Positions 23,451 to 36,250 of a stretch of DNA of 64,000 nucleotides are shown here, one piece after another. The position numbers were made by a program, and so were the translations under genes. The DNA is from Cyanophora paradoxa CCMP329 (taxonomy: Eukaryota > Plantae > Glaucophyta), in contig QPMI01000188.1 in assembly GCA_004431415.1 (NCBI GenBank), positions 1-64,000 of the forward strand, in the 5' to 3' direction. The notes under the pieces are model-generated. The model saw nothing but the letters and a program-made list of their open reading frames with translations. It was not told the DNA's origin and made no database searches. Each line of letters opens with the position of its first letter. The first letter of the stretch is position 1.

Positions 23451-26400
23451 CTAGCGGGGCGCGGCGCCGGCAGCTGCAGCGGAGATCTCCTTGGCGCGGC
23501 GAGCGAAGAGCATGTCGATCTCCCTGCGCGCCCGCTCGTCGGGCGCGCCCTCTTTCGCCTCCTCCACCAGCATCTCCACCTGCAGAGCATCGATATCAGG
23601 AAGGCGAGATTAAGGAGGCACCTGGCTTTATGTTAGCTCTATGTCTCGCGAGCTGGGCATGCGCAGACAGCTTTAATTTGCTTTAAATTTAATCATTGAA
23701 TTTGGCGCACCATGACATCCAGCGAGTCGAGTACAGTTTTCAGCGCGTCCTCCTCCCTTTTGCCCGCGTTCGGAATCTCATCCTTCAGCGTTTCCAGCAG
23801 GCGCCGCCGCAGAAAGCACTCCGGGCGGAGCACCAGCACGGGACCAGTGAGCGCTAGACGATGCAGCACGCGGTATCTGGGCAATCAACCGATTGAGAAT
23901 TTCAGTCCTTGTTCCACAAAGTAAATAAAAAATTCTAGAGCAGCAATTGCAACGTTTTAACGCTCACACTAGCCCGTCTGCTCTCAGAGCAAAGCGGCCA
24001 GCGAGCCACGCCATGGTTTCCTCCGGGCCCCACTTTAGCACCTGCGGTACGGTCAGCGAGGACACTATTTATACGCGAAGATTTAAAGCCAAATTCGAAA
24101 GGCGCGCCAAACCCGCGACTGGATTCAGAGCTAGCGCTGCGGGCGTTGCAGGCGCCACCTCCCCCGCCGCCGCGGATTCGAAGCCTCCGGCCGAGGGTGC
24201 AGCTGCAGATGACGGGAGCCCCGGCGCAGGCCCGGGCTGCGCTGACGCCTCGGGAGGTGCGGTCGTGGCCGTGGCGGGCGCCTCGAGATGCAGCGAAACG
24301 GATGGATCCAGAGCTCCAACGGGTACAGGTGCAGGGGCTGCAGCTGACGCCGTAAGCGCCGCGGATGTGGAGCTCGCGATCGATACCGCATGCGCATGTC
24401 CGGATCCGGCACTAGCGCTGTTGAAACTCGAGCTCGAGCTCGACGATGGAGCAGCAGCCGAGGCCGGCGGCGTCGAAGTCGACGTCGCATCAATATCGCG
24501 GCGGGAGCTCGAACCGCGTGTGCAGCCGGCCATGGGCGCCGTGGTCGTGGTTGTGGCCATGGGCGCATGCATCGATATCTCCGGACCGGCAGCCGCCTCC
24601 GGTTCCGCTGCCGATCGCAACGCGTACGACTCCGTGGCCGGCCGCGGCATGCCACAGGACCCGGAGCTGGAGTGACTGGCACGCCCCGAGCTAGAAGAAG
24701 GCTCACGATCGAGCCGTGCAGCAGGCCTTTCGATCCTCTGCTTCTTGGCGGGAGGCTTCTCCGGTCGTGGGCCGGGCTGATCGACGTCATCATCACGATC
24801 ACGATCAGCTCCAGCTGCGTGACGGGTCGAATTCGATATAAATAAACATGTACAGCATTAATCATCAGCGGCATCAGCGGTTCGCCGGGCGCGCTGACGC
24901 GCACCCGCGTCCTCACGATCGTCGTGGTTCTGCGCGATTTCAGAAAATTGCGAGGGATGTTGAGCGAGCAAGGATCTCATGATAATAATAAAGCGTGCGG
25001 GATTCGATTGCAAGCGCACCATCGGAGCCGGTGCCGCTCCCATATCCGCGAGAAATTTGCGGACAATCGGGAAGAGGACTACGGGATCCTTGCTCTTCGG
25101 CAGATTTGCTAAGAATGCAGCGCGCTGCAGCGCCTCGAAGAAATTCTCCTTTTTGTAATCTGCATTTGAAATCGATGCGGACGTGTATTATGATTACGTA
25201 AGCGTGCGATAGAAACCCCGCGTGATGCAAATTTGAAACGCACCGCTCTCCGGAAAGTTCAGCGATTGTTCTGTCAGCTTCGACGTGAAGCCCTGCGCCT
25301 TGTCGACCCGCATGCACGTAATTATGAAGCGATCGCGCAGCCGAGTAGAATTCTGCCCACCAGTCAGCCTCGCATTTTATATCTATACAGATATCGATCT
25401 AGAACTACGTATACAGCACAAATCGGCCATGCGCATGCACACCTCGAGCGTGTTAGAGACTGGCGTGGTGAAATGCTTGCCCCTCCAATTGAAGTAGCCA
25501 CTTGAAGAACGCGTACGCTTCCTGATCATGACCCGCATCCCTTTGTATCCACATCCTGCGGCGAATGTCAATGAATCAAATTCAAAGCTGCAGGAGGCTA
25601 ATTATAAAGCGCAAGTAATCTATAGGCTACCACGTGCACATTAATATTAGTACACGCATACGTGCGCACATACACGTATACACGCATATATATAGCGCTG
25701 CGCATGCGCGGCCGCAGGCGCGCCTTTTTCGACCCGACCGGAGCCATCGCGATCGCCGCTCTCCGAATCCAGCTGCACCTGAAGCTGCCGGCTCGAAGCG
25801 GCTATACGTCAATCTCTAAGAATTTGCACAAAGCTTCGGCGATATATACGCCTTAAGGCGTGCTCGATGAACGCACACAGTCGCGTATGAATTCGCGAAT
25901 CGCAGCGCGACGGCCTTCGTCTGTGGCGCTCTCGCGCTTGAGGCGCTCCTCCAGCTTGCCAGCCCCCAAATCGGCGTAGAACTGCTCCTTCTCGTACTCT
26001 GCACGGTCATAATTGTGTAAATGTAATGATGTCATATGGATGTGATGTTCTTTAAGTTGATGTGATGGATGGGGGAATGATTTCAAGTGAATATAGTTAA
26101 AATTGCGCCCTGCCGAAAACATAGACAGCTGCAGCGCTAGTGCAATGCATGCACACCAGACCGATCGAAGTTCAGCTTGTCGTCCGAAACGCAGTCCGAC
26201 TCGGGGATGCCCGCTTCTCTGTCGACGCGCTGACAGCAGATAATCGCTCGGTCGCGAAACCGGGCCGTTTCCTGCACACGCGCACGCGCATGCGCGCGAA
26301 CGATTGCGAGCAGTCAAACGATCGATATCGCGGTGTCGCAAAATAATAGATAAACGCGCGCTATAGCCAAAGGTTGGCGCGAACCTCAGCAGTTGCCGTT

Positions 26401-27554
26401 TGCACACAGAAGGAATGCTCGCGCCACAAAAAGCTCCCGCGCCAGCTGCCCTTCTTCCGTGTGACTCCGTGGAAGCCGGACGTGCTAGTGGTCTTTCGAC
26501 GCCGACCCCGCAACGTCGACGGACGACGAGCTCGAGGCTCGAGCTCCTCCTCTTCATTGTCGGAGCTCAAGTCGTCTTCATGATCAGATTTGGTGCTAGA
26601 TTCATCTCCGGATCCTCCGTCTCCTTCATCCGAGTCGTCTTCGTACTCGTCTTCTTCGTCTTCTCGAGCTCGCTCAGCGCCCTCGATCGTTTCATCGACA
26701 TCCAAGTCGATCGTCTCCTTCGTTGTAGGCTCCTGCGGCACGTACGTGCACCGATTGATATATTCCGTGCGCATGCATATGGTCAGATCTAGAGCTGCTC
26801 CTTGCGCATGCTATCGCGGACTAGTAATGTATCGCGCTATCGAATTCATAATATCGATCAGACCTGCGAAGGCGAATTTGAGTGGTACCGCTTGAAGAAG
26901 GCCAGCACTTTGTCGCGATAATCTTCGTCTACGGATAGATCTTCTGGGAGTTCGAGTTTATTCTCATTCAAAGCGACGTAGAACTTCTCTTCTGTGTACT
27001 CTGAAAGAAAGAAGCAAAAGTCAGCATGCATTTGGGCACATGCATTTGCATATCATTTGCACAGCGAGAGATGATAGATCGTGTAAATGTAGAAGAATTG
27101 GTTTCGAACCTGAAAGGGGATAATGACGAATGGAGTGCCGCAAGGGCTCCCATCCCGCCTTCTTGTCAACAAATCTGCATATGATCGCGAGGCGGTCCCG
27201 GATTCTGGTCGCTTCCTGTGCACGTGCACATGCGTGCAGAAGTGGTGAGCTCGAGTTCACGTGCACGTTTCAGATACTTGCGAAACGCGACTTGCAATCG
27301 GCGGCGCGGACCTCTTCCGTGTCGCCTGTCATCGTTATCTGTATATATATATGCATATTCAAAGCAAACTCAGCAAAACTCATCGCCCGCGATATCGATA
27401 TCGTGCACGTGGCATGAAAAAGATGACGCACGTCGCGCTGATGCCAGCTGAAACGAGCTTTGAAACGGCCATTACTCATCCGCGAGATACCAGGCCGCGT
27501 TGATATCGATGCTGCGCATGCTTGACCGGCCATAGCTGGCGCCCGCTGCGCCAT
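23451..27554 (-). CDS. Multi-exon protein with three AP2-like DNA-binding domains (possible frameshift)
   Basis: Spliced repeats: GISRMSNGRFKARFSWHQRD-ITMTGDTEEEATRIRDRLAIIC..HYPLSEYTEKKFY; SGFHGVTRKKGSWRGSFLWREHSFCVQTATAEETARFRDRAIICC..KLNFDRSEYEKEQFY; GYKGMRV..GYFNWRGKHFTTPVSNTLENSTRLRDRFIITC..SLNFPESDYKKENFF. Also an acidic linker, an Ala/Ser-rich linker and a helical C-terminus. Confidence 0.7.
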
Positions 27555-28794
27555 GGAGCGGAGCTGACAGTCTGACCGCAAGCGCATGACCGCAAGCGTC
27601 ATGACCTTAAGCTTGGCAAGATGGAGTACGCACGCGTGCTTGCAGTTGTCGATATTCGATGGGCCGGGCCGAAGAGCTCGAGGTCGTTCTGAGACTCAGG
27701 GGCAACGCGAAGCACTGCCCTTCAAGGCGTAGGCTTATGAGCTTGCAATTGCCAGCCGCCTGCCACTAGCACGTGCACGCGGGGCTTGGCAACGTCCTCG
27801 AACCTAGGTCTAGATCTGCGCTACGATCGTGAACGCGGCGACTGCATTCGACCGATCGGGGCCGTGGCCGCGGCTGCGGTCCGGGCAGGGCGCCATATGC
27901 ATGTACATACTCGCGAGCGTGTGCATGTGCACCTGAGCAACTAGTTCTAGTACTAGTTCTGGAGCCAGGCCAAGGCTCAGCCAGCCCCGGCCCGGTCGAC
28001 GTCGAAGCCCGATCGCGATCGCGATCAGAATCTAGTATCTGCGGGTATGTCGTTCAAGGTCGCGCGACCGCGCGCGGCCGCTTCTAACGTTCAAGGTCGC
28101 GCGACGGGCATGCGCAACCGCGCGCGGCCGCGGCCGCGGCCGCGGCGCGGCGCGCGCGGCGCGGCCGGCGCGCGCCCGACCGCGCGCGCGGGGCCGGCCG
28201 CGGGCTGGAGCATCGACGTCGACATCGCTAGGGGAGGGCTTTGCATGCTAGCGAGGGGCTAGGGGGCGTCAGCGGATGGCCGTGCACGCGAGATCTAGAG
28301 CGCCCAGGTCGGCGCGTCGCTTGTGTGCAATGGCGACAGCTGACAATCACTCGCCCACACCACTAAGAACGCTTTGCAGCGTACGAGCCGAGCGCGGCTA
28401 CGATTCGGGCAGGCCTAGGGAGCCACATTCGCTTCGCACCGATCTTGCCAAGACGAGCGAAGACGGGCCTCCTCTCAGCGCTCGTGCGGCTTGCCTCGCT
28501 CCCCGCGGCTGCTGAGCGCTGATCAAGCTCCAAACAAGACTTGTCAAGAGGACCGGGGGGTAGACGCATAAACGACTTCACAACCCTCCACCCACTGATT
28601 GAGAGCATGCACGGCTTTGGGAGCCAGTGGCCTCGCCGCTCCCGGCCATCTCTCGAGCCTCTTGATCGCCCGGAGGCGCACGTGGCGGCGGTGATCTCCT
28701 TATTCCCCCGCAGCGCTCTCCTCGCCCCCTCACGCGCGTTCGCTTCGCCGGGCAGGTCGCGCCATTGCAGGCAGCGCAGGCAACCAGTGCGGGG

Positions 28795-29435
28795 ATGCTC
28801 CTCTCTTCCGCCCTCTTGGACATGGACAGCGTCAGCCCCGTCGCCCTCAACTTCGTGGCGCAGCCGCCTGCGAGCTCGGCCCCGCCTCTCTCGGGCGCGG
28901 ACGTGGCCGGGAGCAGCAGCGCCGGCAGCTTCAGCGCCGGGGGCAGCAGCGGCGCGGGCGGCTCTGGTTCGAATTCCTCCGGAGGCGCCACGGCAGCGAG
29001 CGGGGCGAAGCGGATGAGGCCGGACGCGCGGGACCGCGGGCGGATGCGGTCGACGCGCGCGCGGCGCCAGGCGCCCTGCAGCGCCGTCGAGACCGACGAG
29101 CCGGTCCGTCCGTTGGGCGCTCCTCTCGCGCCGCGCGGGTCCCGACGCCGCGCGCAGCGCAACTCGGAGTTTGACCTTTGGACGGCGCCGGCGCTCGAGG
29201 CGGCCCTGAGCGGCGTCCGCGCGGAGCCCGTCGCGCGCTCCGCCGACATCGAATCGGGCGACTCAGACTGCGACGCGGTGCGCACCTCGCGCCCGCCGCC
29301 CGCCGCTTGCCGAGGCCGACGGCCCCTGGCGCGCAGGTTGAGATCTCCCTCCGCGCCGAGCCCGCCTCGCCTTCCTCCGAAGTCTCCGTCCTCCGGCGCT
29401 CGCGCCCCGCCGCGTGGGCCCCGCCGCACCCGGCC

Positions 29436-29467
<32 letters not shown>

Positions 29468-31309
29468 CCGGCCGGCCCGAGCCACTTCGACGTGCTCCCA
29501 GACGCGCTGGTGCAGCGCATCTTCGCGTGCGTGGGGCCGCTGGCGTGCGGGCCCCTCGGCTGCGTCTCCCGCCGCTTCGCCAGCCTCCTGCGCGGCGTCG
29601 AGTGGGACCGCCTTGTCCTGGAGGCGAGCGCACTCCAGGCGCGCCGCTCCGCCCCGCCCCGCCCCGCCGCGCGTACCCCTCACAGGGGCGCACAGGGCGG
29701 GAGCCTGACAGCGATGAAGCGGGCCGCGGAGCGCGTGGCGTCGGGCCGCCTGAGCGGCGTCAAGCGCTTGATTGTGCGGATCGACGGGCGCTGCCCGTCG
29801 GTGGCGGGCCCCGGGGGCCGCCTGGAGCGGCCGGTGGGGGCGCGGCAGGCGGCGGCGCAGGCGGCGGCGCAGGCTGTGGATCTCCTCGCGGCCTGCGTGC
29901 GGCAGCCCCTCGAGTCCGTCTATCTCGAGCTCTTCGACTACCGTGCGGGCCCTTTCCTCTCCTTAATCAATTCTCCTCTCGCCTCCTCGGCGGCGCCGCG
30001 CCTCTGACCCGCCCCCCACGGCTCCTCAGCGACGGAGGAGGAGCAGCGGGCGGCGCGGGCGGCGGAGGTACTCCCCCTCGAGGAGCTGCTCCTGCGGGCG
30101 GCGCTGGCGCTCGCGCCCTGCGCCCCGCTCCGCGGCCTCGCCCTCTCGCACCTCTCCTCGGCCGTCGCCAACGCCGCCCTCCCGCCCGCCCGCTGGCGCA
30201 AGGCCCTCTCGCTCCTCCCCGCCCTCGAGTCCCTCCAGCTGCCGCGGACGCTGCAGCTGACGCCGGCGCACGCGGCGGCGGCGGCCGCCTCGCTGCCGCG
30301 CCTGCAGACCCTGGATGTGCACCTCTCGCAGGCGCCGGCGGCCGGCGAGACGCTCGCGGCCCTCGCCGCCCTGCCGGACCTTAGGGACCTCCGCCTCGCC
30401 GCCGGCCCCCGCGACGGCGCGGCGGCCCTCGGGAGGGCCTCGCCGCCCTCGCCGCCGGCCCCGCCGGCGCCTCCCTCCGCCGGGTCGACCTCGCGGGCTC
30501 GCCTGCGCCGTGCCGGCCCCCGGCCTGGCCGCCCTGGGCCGCCTCGCCCGCCTCGAGACCCTCTCGCTGCGGCTGGACCCCGCGAGCGGCCAGGCGGCCT
30601 CGGCCCTGGGGCGGCCCACCGCCCTCCGTGACCTCTCCCTCGCCCTCTGCGTGCCTGCCTCGGGCGACGGCGCCGCCGAGCCGCTCGCCGCCCTCGCCGG
30701 CGCCGTCGCCGCCGCCCCCGCCCTCCGCGCCCTCGACCTCACAATCATGGTACCCCGCTCGCCCTTGTTCCCGCCTTCGCCCCTGGCCTCTCACGCCGCC
30801 GCCCCGCCGCAGGGTGCGACGGAGTACGACCGGGCGGCCTTGAACTGGGAGGCGGCTGCGGCGCTCGCGGGGGCCGCCCGCGGCTGCCTGCGCCGCTGGT
30901 CGGCCTCGGTGCGGGGCGTCCCCTCGCCGGCCGCCCTCGCCGCCCTCGCCGCCTGCTCGTCCCTCCAGGAGGCCCGCCCCGCCCCGCCCGTCCTCCGCCC
31001 TCCAGCCCGCCCGCCTGACGGACGGGCGGCAGGCTCGGCTGCGGATGCGGGTGGAGGACGAGCTCGACATCGCCCCGCTCGCCGCCCTCGGCGCCCTCCT
31101 CGCCCCGGGCCGCCGGCCCCGTGCGCCCCGCGCCCCGCACGCCCTCCATTCCCCCGCCTTCGCATTTCTCACGCTCGCTCGCGGGCGCAGCGGCGCGGCT
31201 GGTGCTGCACGTGGACGCCCCGCCGGCGACGGCGCGCCCCGCCGTGCACATCCTCCGCCGCTGGCTCCCCGCCGCTGCCGTCAACGGGCCCCCGGGCTCC
31301 AACATTTGA
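28795..31309 (+). CDS. F-box/LRR-like protein
   Basis: HFDVLPDALVQRIFACVGPLACGPLGCVSRRFASLL (~29485-29590), followed by LxxLxL repeats (LPALESLQL, LPRLQTLDV, LARLETLSL, LRALDLTI). Confidence 0.75.
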
Positions 31310-31551
31310 TCTCACCAACCCCGCCTGCCCCCCCCGCGCCGGCGGACCCCCGTGCTCTTCCCTCCTCCCACGGCTCCCCTCCCCGCGAAACGTGTAAGGC
31401 GGCCAGAAAGGCGTACAGGGCAAGTCAAACGCGTAAAAAATCGCATTAACTCAACTCTCTAAACAAGCGCGGGGCCGCCGGCCCAAGGGACGGGGCCGGG
31501 GCCCTGGCTGCCGGCCGGGCGCGGGCCGGGGTCTAAGGGAGCCTCGAGGCC

Positions 31552-32532
31552 TCACAGGTAGGCGAGGGTCTCGTCGGCCTCCACCTCGAACAGCTGCGGC
31601 GAAAGGCCTCAGCGGCGGCCATGGGCGGGGCGGGGCTGGGGTCGGTCTGACCTCGGCGTCGGCGGCGGTGTCGACCTCTGCGAGAGCGCGGGCGGGCGCC
31701 GGCGGTCAGATTTGATCGCTCGGGCTCGGACAGCGCAAGCGTTGCAATTGGCGGGCCGGCGCCGGGCGGACCGACGGCGTCGGCGGCGGCGACGGCGACG
31801 AACTCCTCGCCGTCGATGCCGGCCAGAGCCTCGTTCACCTGCTGCGCGTCCGCCTCCTGCGCGCGCGGGGCCGTGCGAGTGAGCGCCGGCGACGCGGGCA
31901 GGCTTCAGCGTTGGGAGGGTCCGGGGCAGGTTGGACCTCCTGCTTGAAGATGCCGCCGCGCGACTTGTACACGTTGCAGAGCTGCGAGTGCGGGCGATCG
32001 GCCGGGCCGCGCGCGGGCGGGCGGGCGCGGGCGCGCCGCATGCGCACCTGCTTGTAGCTCTTCACGAAGTAGGCAGCGTCGTCGTCCGGCATCTCCTCGA
32101 ACTTGAAATAGTTGCAGATCGAGGTGCTGCGCGCATCACAGGTACGTTGGTGGCCGGAGGAGGGCGGAAGCCGTTTTCGGAAATCCCGGTCAGTTAAGAC
32201 TATTTCGGCCCAGCCAGGGCGCCGCGGGGAGGCCCGAAAAACAGAGAACGAGTCATTTCGGATCGAAGAAACACAAGTGCGCACTCGCCGTCCAAGATGC
32301 GGTCGGCGTACTCAGCGAGCGTCTTCTCCCTGTCGAAGGCTCGGCGACAGGGACGAGCGGGGAAGGTGGAGAACGCACAGATCGGCGGGGGTGTCGATCA
32401 GCTGCGGATCGGAAACGCAGCCGGTCAGCCGGAGACGCAAGCAACAAACGTAACGCTCCGCACCTCCTCCTTGCACGGTCCGTATTCCTTCGCGGGCGAG
32501 TAGACAGAGGGGATGTCGCACGGGTTAGACAT
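31552..32532 (-). CDS. Small acidic hypothetical protein (multi-exon)
   Basis: MSNPCDIPSVYSPAKEYGPCKEE / LIDTPADL / WEKTLAEYADRILDG / TSICNYFKFEEMPDDDAAYFVKSYKQ / LCNVYKSRGGIFKQE / VNEALAGIDGEEF.. / LFEVEADETLAYL*, with consensus splice sites and high third-position GC. Confidence 0.6.
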
Positions 32533-32976
32533 GTTGACGTTGGATTGGACGTGCGGGCGAGTTTCCTGGTCCCTGAACGAGGCGTCTGTACCCCGGTTGG
32601 TTGGGTAGAGCAAATACGGCATCACCTTTCGGCCTGCTTCCTGGCAACTTCCGGGCTTTCAAGAAAAGCTTGTAGAGTGCAGCTTAGTTCTGTTGCGTTC
32701 CGACCAATCCCGATCGAATCGACTTCGAGCTCGAGCCCGCCGTGCTGGGGACACGCGCCGATCCCTTTGAATTCTCGTATTTCATCAGTTGGCTACGAAC
32801 TGCTAGCTGGACATCTTCTGGGCCGCCGCGCCCTCGAAGGCTCGACCGAGCAAGCTTAAGCCGCCGAAGCGCCAGCTCATGCAATAGCGGAGCGAGTCCC
32901 GGACCCTGGCCGCGAAGCGCAGCGCTGCGAATCCAGACACGTTGGAAGCTAGTGCGTGCGAAGAGCTGCGCGCGCG

Positions 32977-35900
32977 ATGAAGAGCGGTGAGTGGCAGCTC
33001 GATCGACCACAACCCCGGCCCGCGAGCTGCTGACCGACTCGCAGCTGATGCGCGGGGCGGAGCGGGCGTACTCGCCGAGGCACTGGAGCGGGTCAAGGCC
33101 GGGCCGCCGCGTCGGACCACGCTGGCCGTGCAGTCTTCGCCCTTCACGCGCTCGCGCTCCCCGTCCAAGTGCGCGCGCCCCGCCCCGCCCTGCCCGCGCG
33201 CGGCAGCTCTCGCACGTGGCGCCGGCTGAGCGTGATCCCGGTGCGGGCAGGTCGCCGAAGCCGGCGGGGCGGGGCCGGCGCGCGTCGGCCGACTCGTCTG
33301 CGGCTAGCAGCCTAGCCGGCTCGCCGGGCGGCTCGCGCCCCGAGAGCCACGCAGGGCTCGGGCCCGGCATGGGGCTTGCGTCACTTCTACCCCCCGATCT
33401 GGGCCCGACCTTTGGCACCCTCGTACTGTGCGACCCCGCCCCTGCCGCCTCCGCCGCGCCAGCCCGCCCGCCCGCCCGCGCCTGCGCCGACGCCGGCCCG
33501 CCGGCCCGCCGCGCCCCGCAGGCCGCCCATCGCCCAGCAGGTCTCCTCCCCGTCACGCGTGGCCGAATCCGTCGCACCACACTCCCTCTGGAGCCCTCCT
33601 CGCGGGCCCCGCTCCCGCCCCGCCTCTCGCCCCAGCTGCGCGCCCTCCCGCCGCCGGCGTCCCCCACGCCGCCGCCGCTGCACCCGCCGCACCGCCTTCA
33701 GCCGATCGAGCTACCCGACGACGGCGCCGGCGTCGGCGCCGCCCCCGGCGGCCCCCGGTCGTCCCCGGACGAGTCCGGCTCCTCCCCCTCCCCCGACTCC
33801 TCCCGCCGCCGCTCGGATCGCGGCGCCCGCCGGCCGCGCGACGGGAGTGTTGGCGGCGCCGCACGCCTGCGGAGCCTGCGGGGCGACAGGACGACCGGGT
33901 CTGCCTCGCTCAGCCCCGAGCGCTCCCCCTCACTCCGCGTCCGCCCGCCCCCGCCCCGCCCACCCCCCAACCGCGCCCCTGACGCTTCTACCCCGCAGGG
34001 CAGCCCGGCGCCCTCTACCCCCCCGAGGTCTTGCCCAACCCCTCCGCCCCCTACGCCCCCTCCGCCCCCTCCGACTACAGCGGCCGCAGGCGGGCGCTGA
34101 GCTCTGTACGGTCGTCCCCGGTGCCCCTGCCGCAGCCGGCCGGGCCGGGCCCCAGCAAGCCCTCCCCCGAGCCCGACGCCGGCGACGAATCGCCCCCCGA
34201 CTCGCCCCGAACGGCCTCCGCCTCCCGCCGGCGCGCCCCTCGGCCTTTCTCCGGCCCGTTCGTCACTTAGCGCCGCCTCTGACCCACCGGCGCCCCTCGC
34301 GCAGGAGCCATGGCCCCACCCTCGAGGAGCTCGTCAGCCAGTGCGCCGCCTCCTCCTCCGCTTCCGCCCTCACTTCCAGGTCCCCGTACCCCCTCTCAAA
34401 AAAGTTCTTCCCCAACCCCCCCTGAAATTTTCGGTAGGCGGCGCGCCTCGGCGGCGGCGGCGGCCCCTAGTCCCCAGTCCGACGGTCCCCTCACGAGCCA
34501 GTGCGCCCTTCCGCCCCGGTGCGCCGCGCCGCGCCCGTCCAGCCCAATTGTTTCCGGCAGGCGCCTCTCGGCCGCGACGCCGGGCGACAAAGGCAGCGGC
34601 AGCGGCAGCGGCAGCGGGCGGAGCAGGGGCCGCCCTCCGGGAGCGAGCAAGGCGCGCTTCGTTCCCTGTGCCCCCCCGCCGTGCCGCGCTCACCGGGCGG
34701 GGCGGGGCGGGCGGTGGCAGGTGGTAGCGGCCCCTCCGAACAGCGTCGACCCGGCGTCCCTGGCGCGCATCGCCGCTGCCCTCCGCACCGACCGCACGGT
34801 CCGTCTGCCCGACTCGCCCGCCCGCCCGCCCGCCTGCGCTCCCCTCGCCTCGCCTTGCCGAGCCGCCTCGCCGGTGCCCCCGTTCCGATCCGATCCGCAG
34901 ACGGCGACGCTTCGGCTCGCGCACAACGAGCTGGGCGAGGAGGGCGGGGCGCACCTGGCGGCCGCCCTCCGCGCGAACGTGCGCCTCCGGGCGCTCGACC
35001 TCTACCACTGCGGCCTCGGCGACGGGGGCGCGGCGGCCCTCGCCGAGGCCCTCCGCGACAACTCGGCGCTGCGGGAGCTGAACGTGGCGCGGAACGGCGT
35101 GGGCGCCGAGGGCGCCCGCGCGCTGGCGCGGAGCCTGGACCCCGCCGCCGGCCTCTCGCAGCTCTACGCCGAGGCCAACGGGGGCGAGGCCGACGAGCTC
35201 GCCGCCTGCCTCGCCCTCGACGTCGGCGACGCCGGCGCCGCCGCCGCCAGCGGCAAGCGCGTGCGCCGCGCCTGCGCCGCCGCCCTCCCTCCCGCCCCCC
35301 CCCCAATCGCCTGCGCAGGCGCAGGCGCTGGGGCGCGTGCTGGGGTGCAACGCGGCGCTGCGGGAGCTCTACGCCTACGACAACCCGCTGGGGGACGAGG
35401 GTGTCGCCGCCCTCGCCGCCGCCCTCCGCTCCAACTTCACCGTGCGTCGAGTTCGAGGGCGTCCGAGCTCTAAGGCTGCACGCCTAGACTTAGCTCAGCT
35501 TAGCCCGAGCTTAGCTGGAGCGGCTCTTAGCTGGAGTATAGCTCAGACGAGCTTAGATCCCCCCTTGGCGCCCAAGCTCGAGCTTAGATCTTGGGAGCGC
35601 TCGAGCTCAGCGGCTCTAGCTGGAGCTTGAGCTTGAACTCGAGCCCGAGCTCAAGCTTTAGCGGCCCCCTCAGCGCTCAATGTTCAAGTTCGAAGCAGTC
35701 CGAGCTCTTAAGGCTTTACCCCTAAGCTTGGCTCAGCTTAGCCCAAGGAGCTTAGCTCGAGCGGCCCGCCCTCAGCTCGAGCCTAGCTCGAGCGGTCTTT
35801 TTGACGCGCTCGGGCAGGTGGAGGCGGTGCACGTGGCGAACGTGGGGATGGGCGACGCGGGGGCCCGCGCCCTCGCCGACGCCGTCCGCGAGAGCGGCTC

Positions 35901-36165
35901 CCTCGTGGCCCTCAACGTGCGGGGCAACCCGGCGCTCACGGCGGCGGGGATCGGCGCCCTCCTCCGCGCCGCCTGCGAGGGCCGCCGCATCCTCCGCAGC
36001 ATCTCCTACAGCCCGCTGCCGCCCTCCGAGGCCGCCCTGCTCGCCCCGCTCCTCTCCGAGACGCGGCGCGCGTTCCCCGAGCTCACCGTCGACTGCTCGG
36101 CGGGGCCCGCCCTGCCCCTCCCGATACCCCGCTCCGGCCCCGCCTCCGAGGGCGAGCCCAGCTAG
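32977..36165 (+). CDS. RNI-like leucine-rich repeat protein with disordered Ser/Pro N-terminus
   Basis: 28-residue repeats LRLAHNELGEEGGAHLAAALRANVRLRALDLYHCGLGDGGAAALAEALRDNSALRELNVARNGVGAEGARALA; LRELYAYDNPLGDEGVAALA. Confidence 0.8.
35441..35817. repeat. Intronic ~240-bp diverged tandem duplication rich in AGCT/CTTAG
   Basis: AGTTCGA..GTCCGAGCTCT.AAGGCT..GCTCAGCTTAGCCC..GAGCTTAGCT.GAGCGGC at ~35449-35525 and ~35687-35765. Confidence 0.7.
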
Positions 36166-36250
36166 TTTCAGAAGAAGAAAGGAAGCGCGAAATAGAAGGC
36201 GCGCTTGAAATTCGAGCGGCGTGCGCGACGAGGAGAGGCCTGGATCTCGT

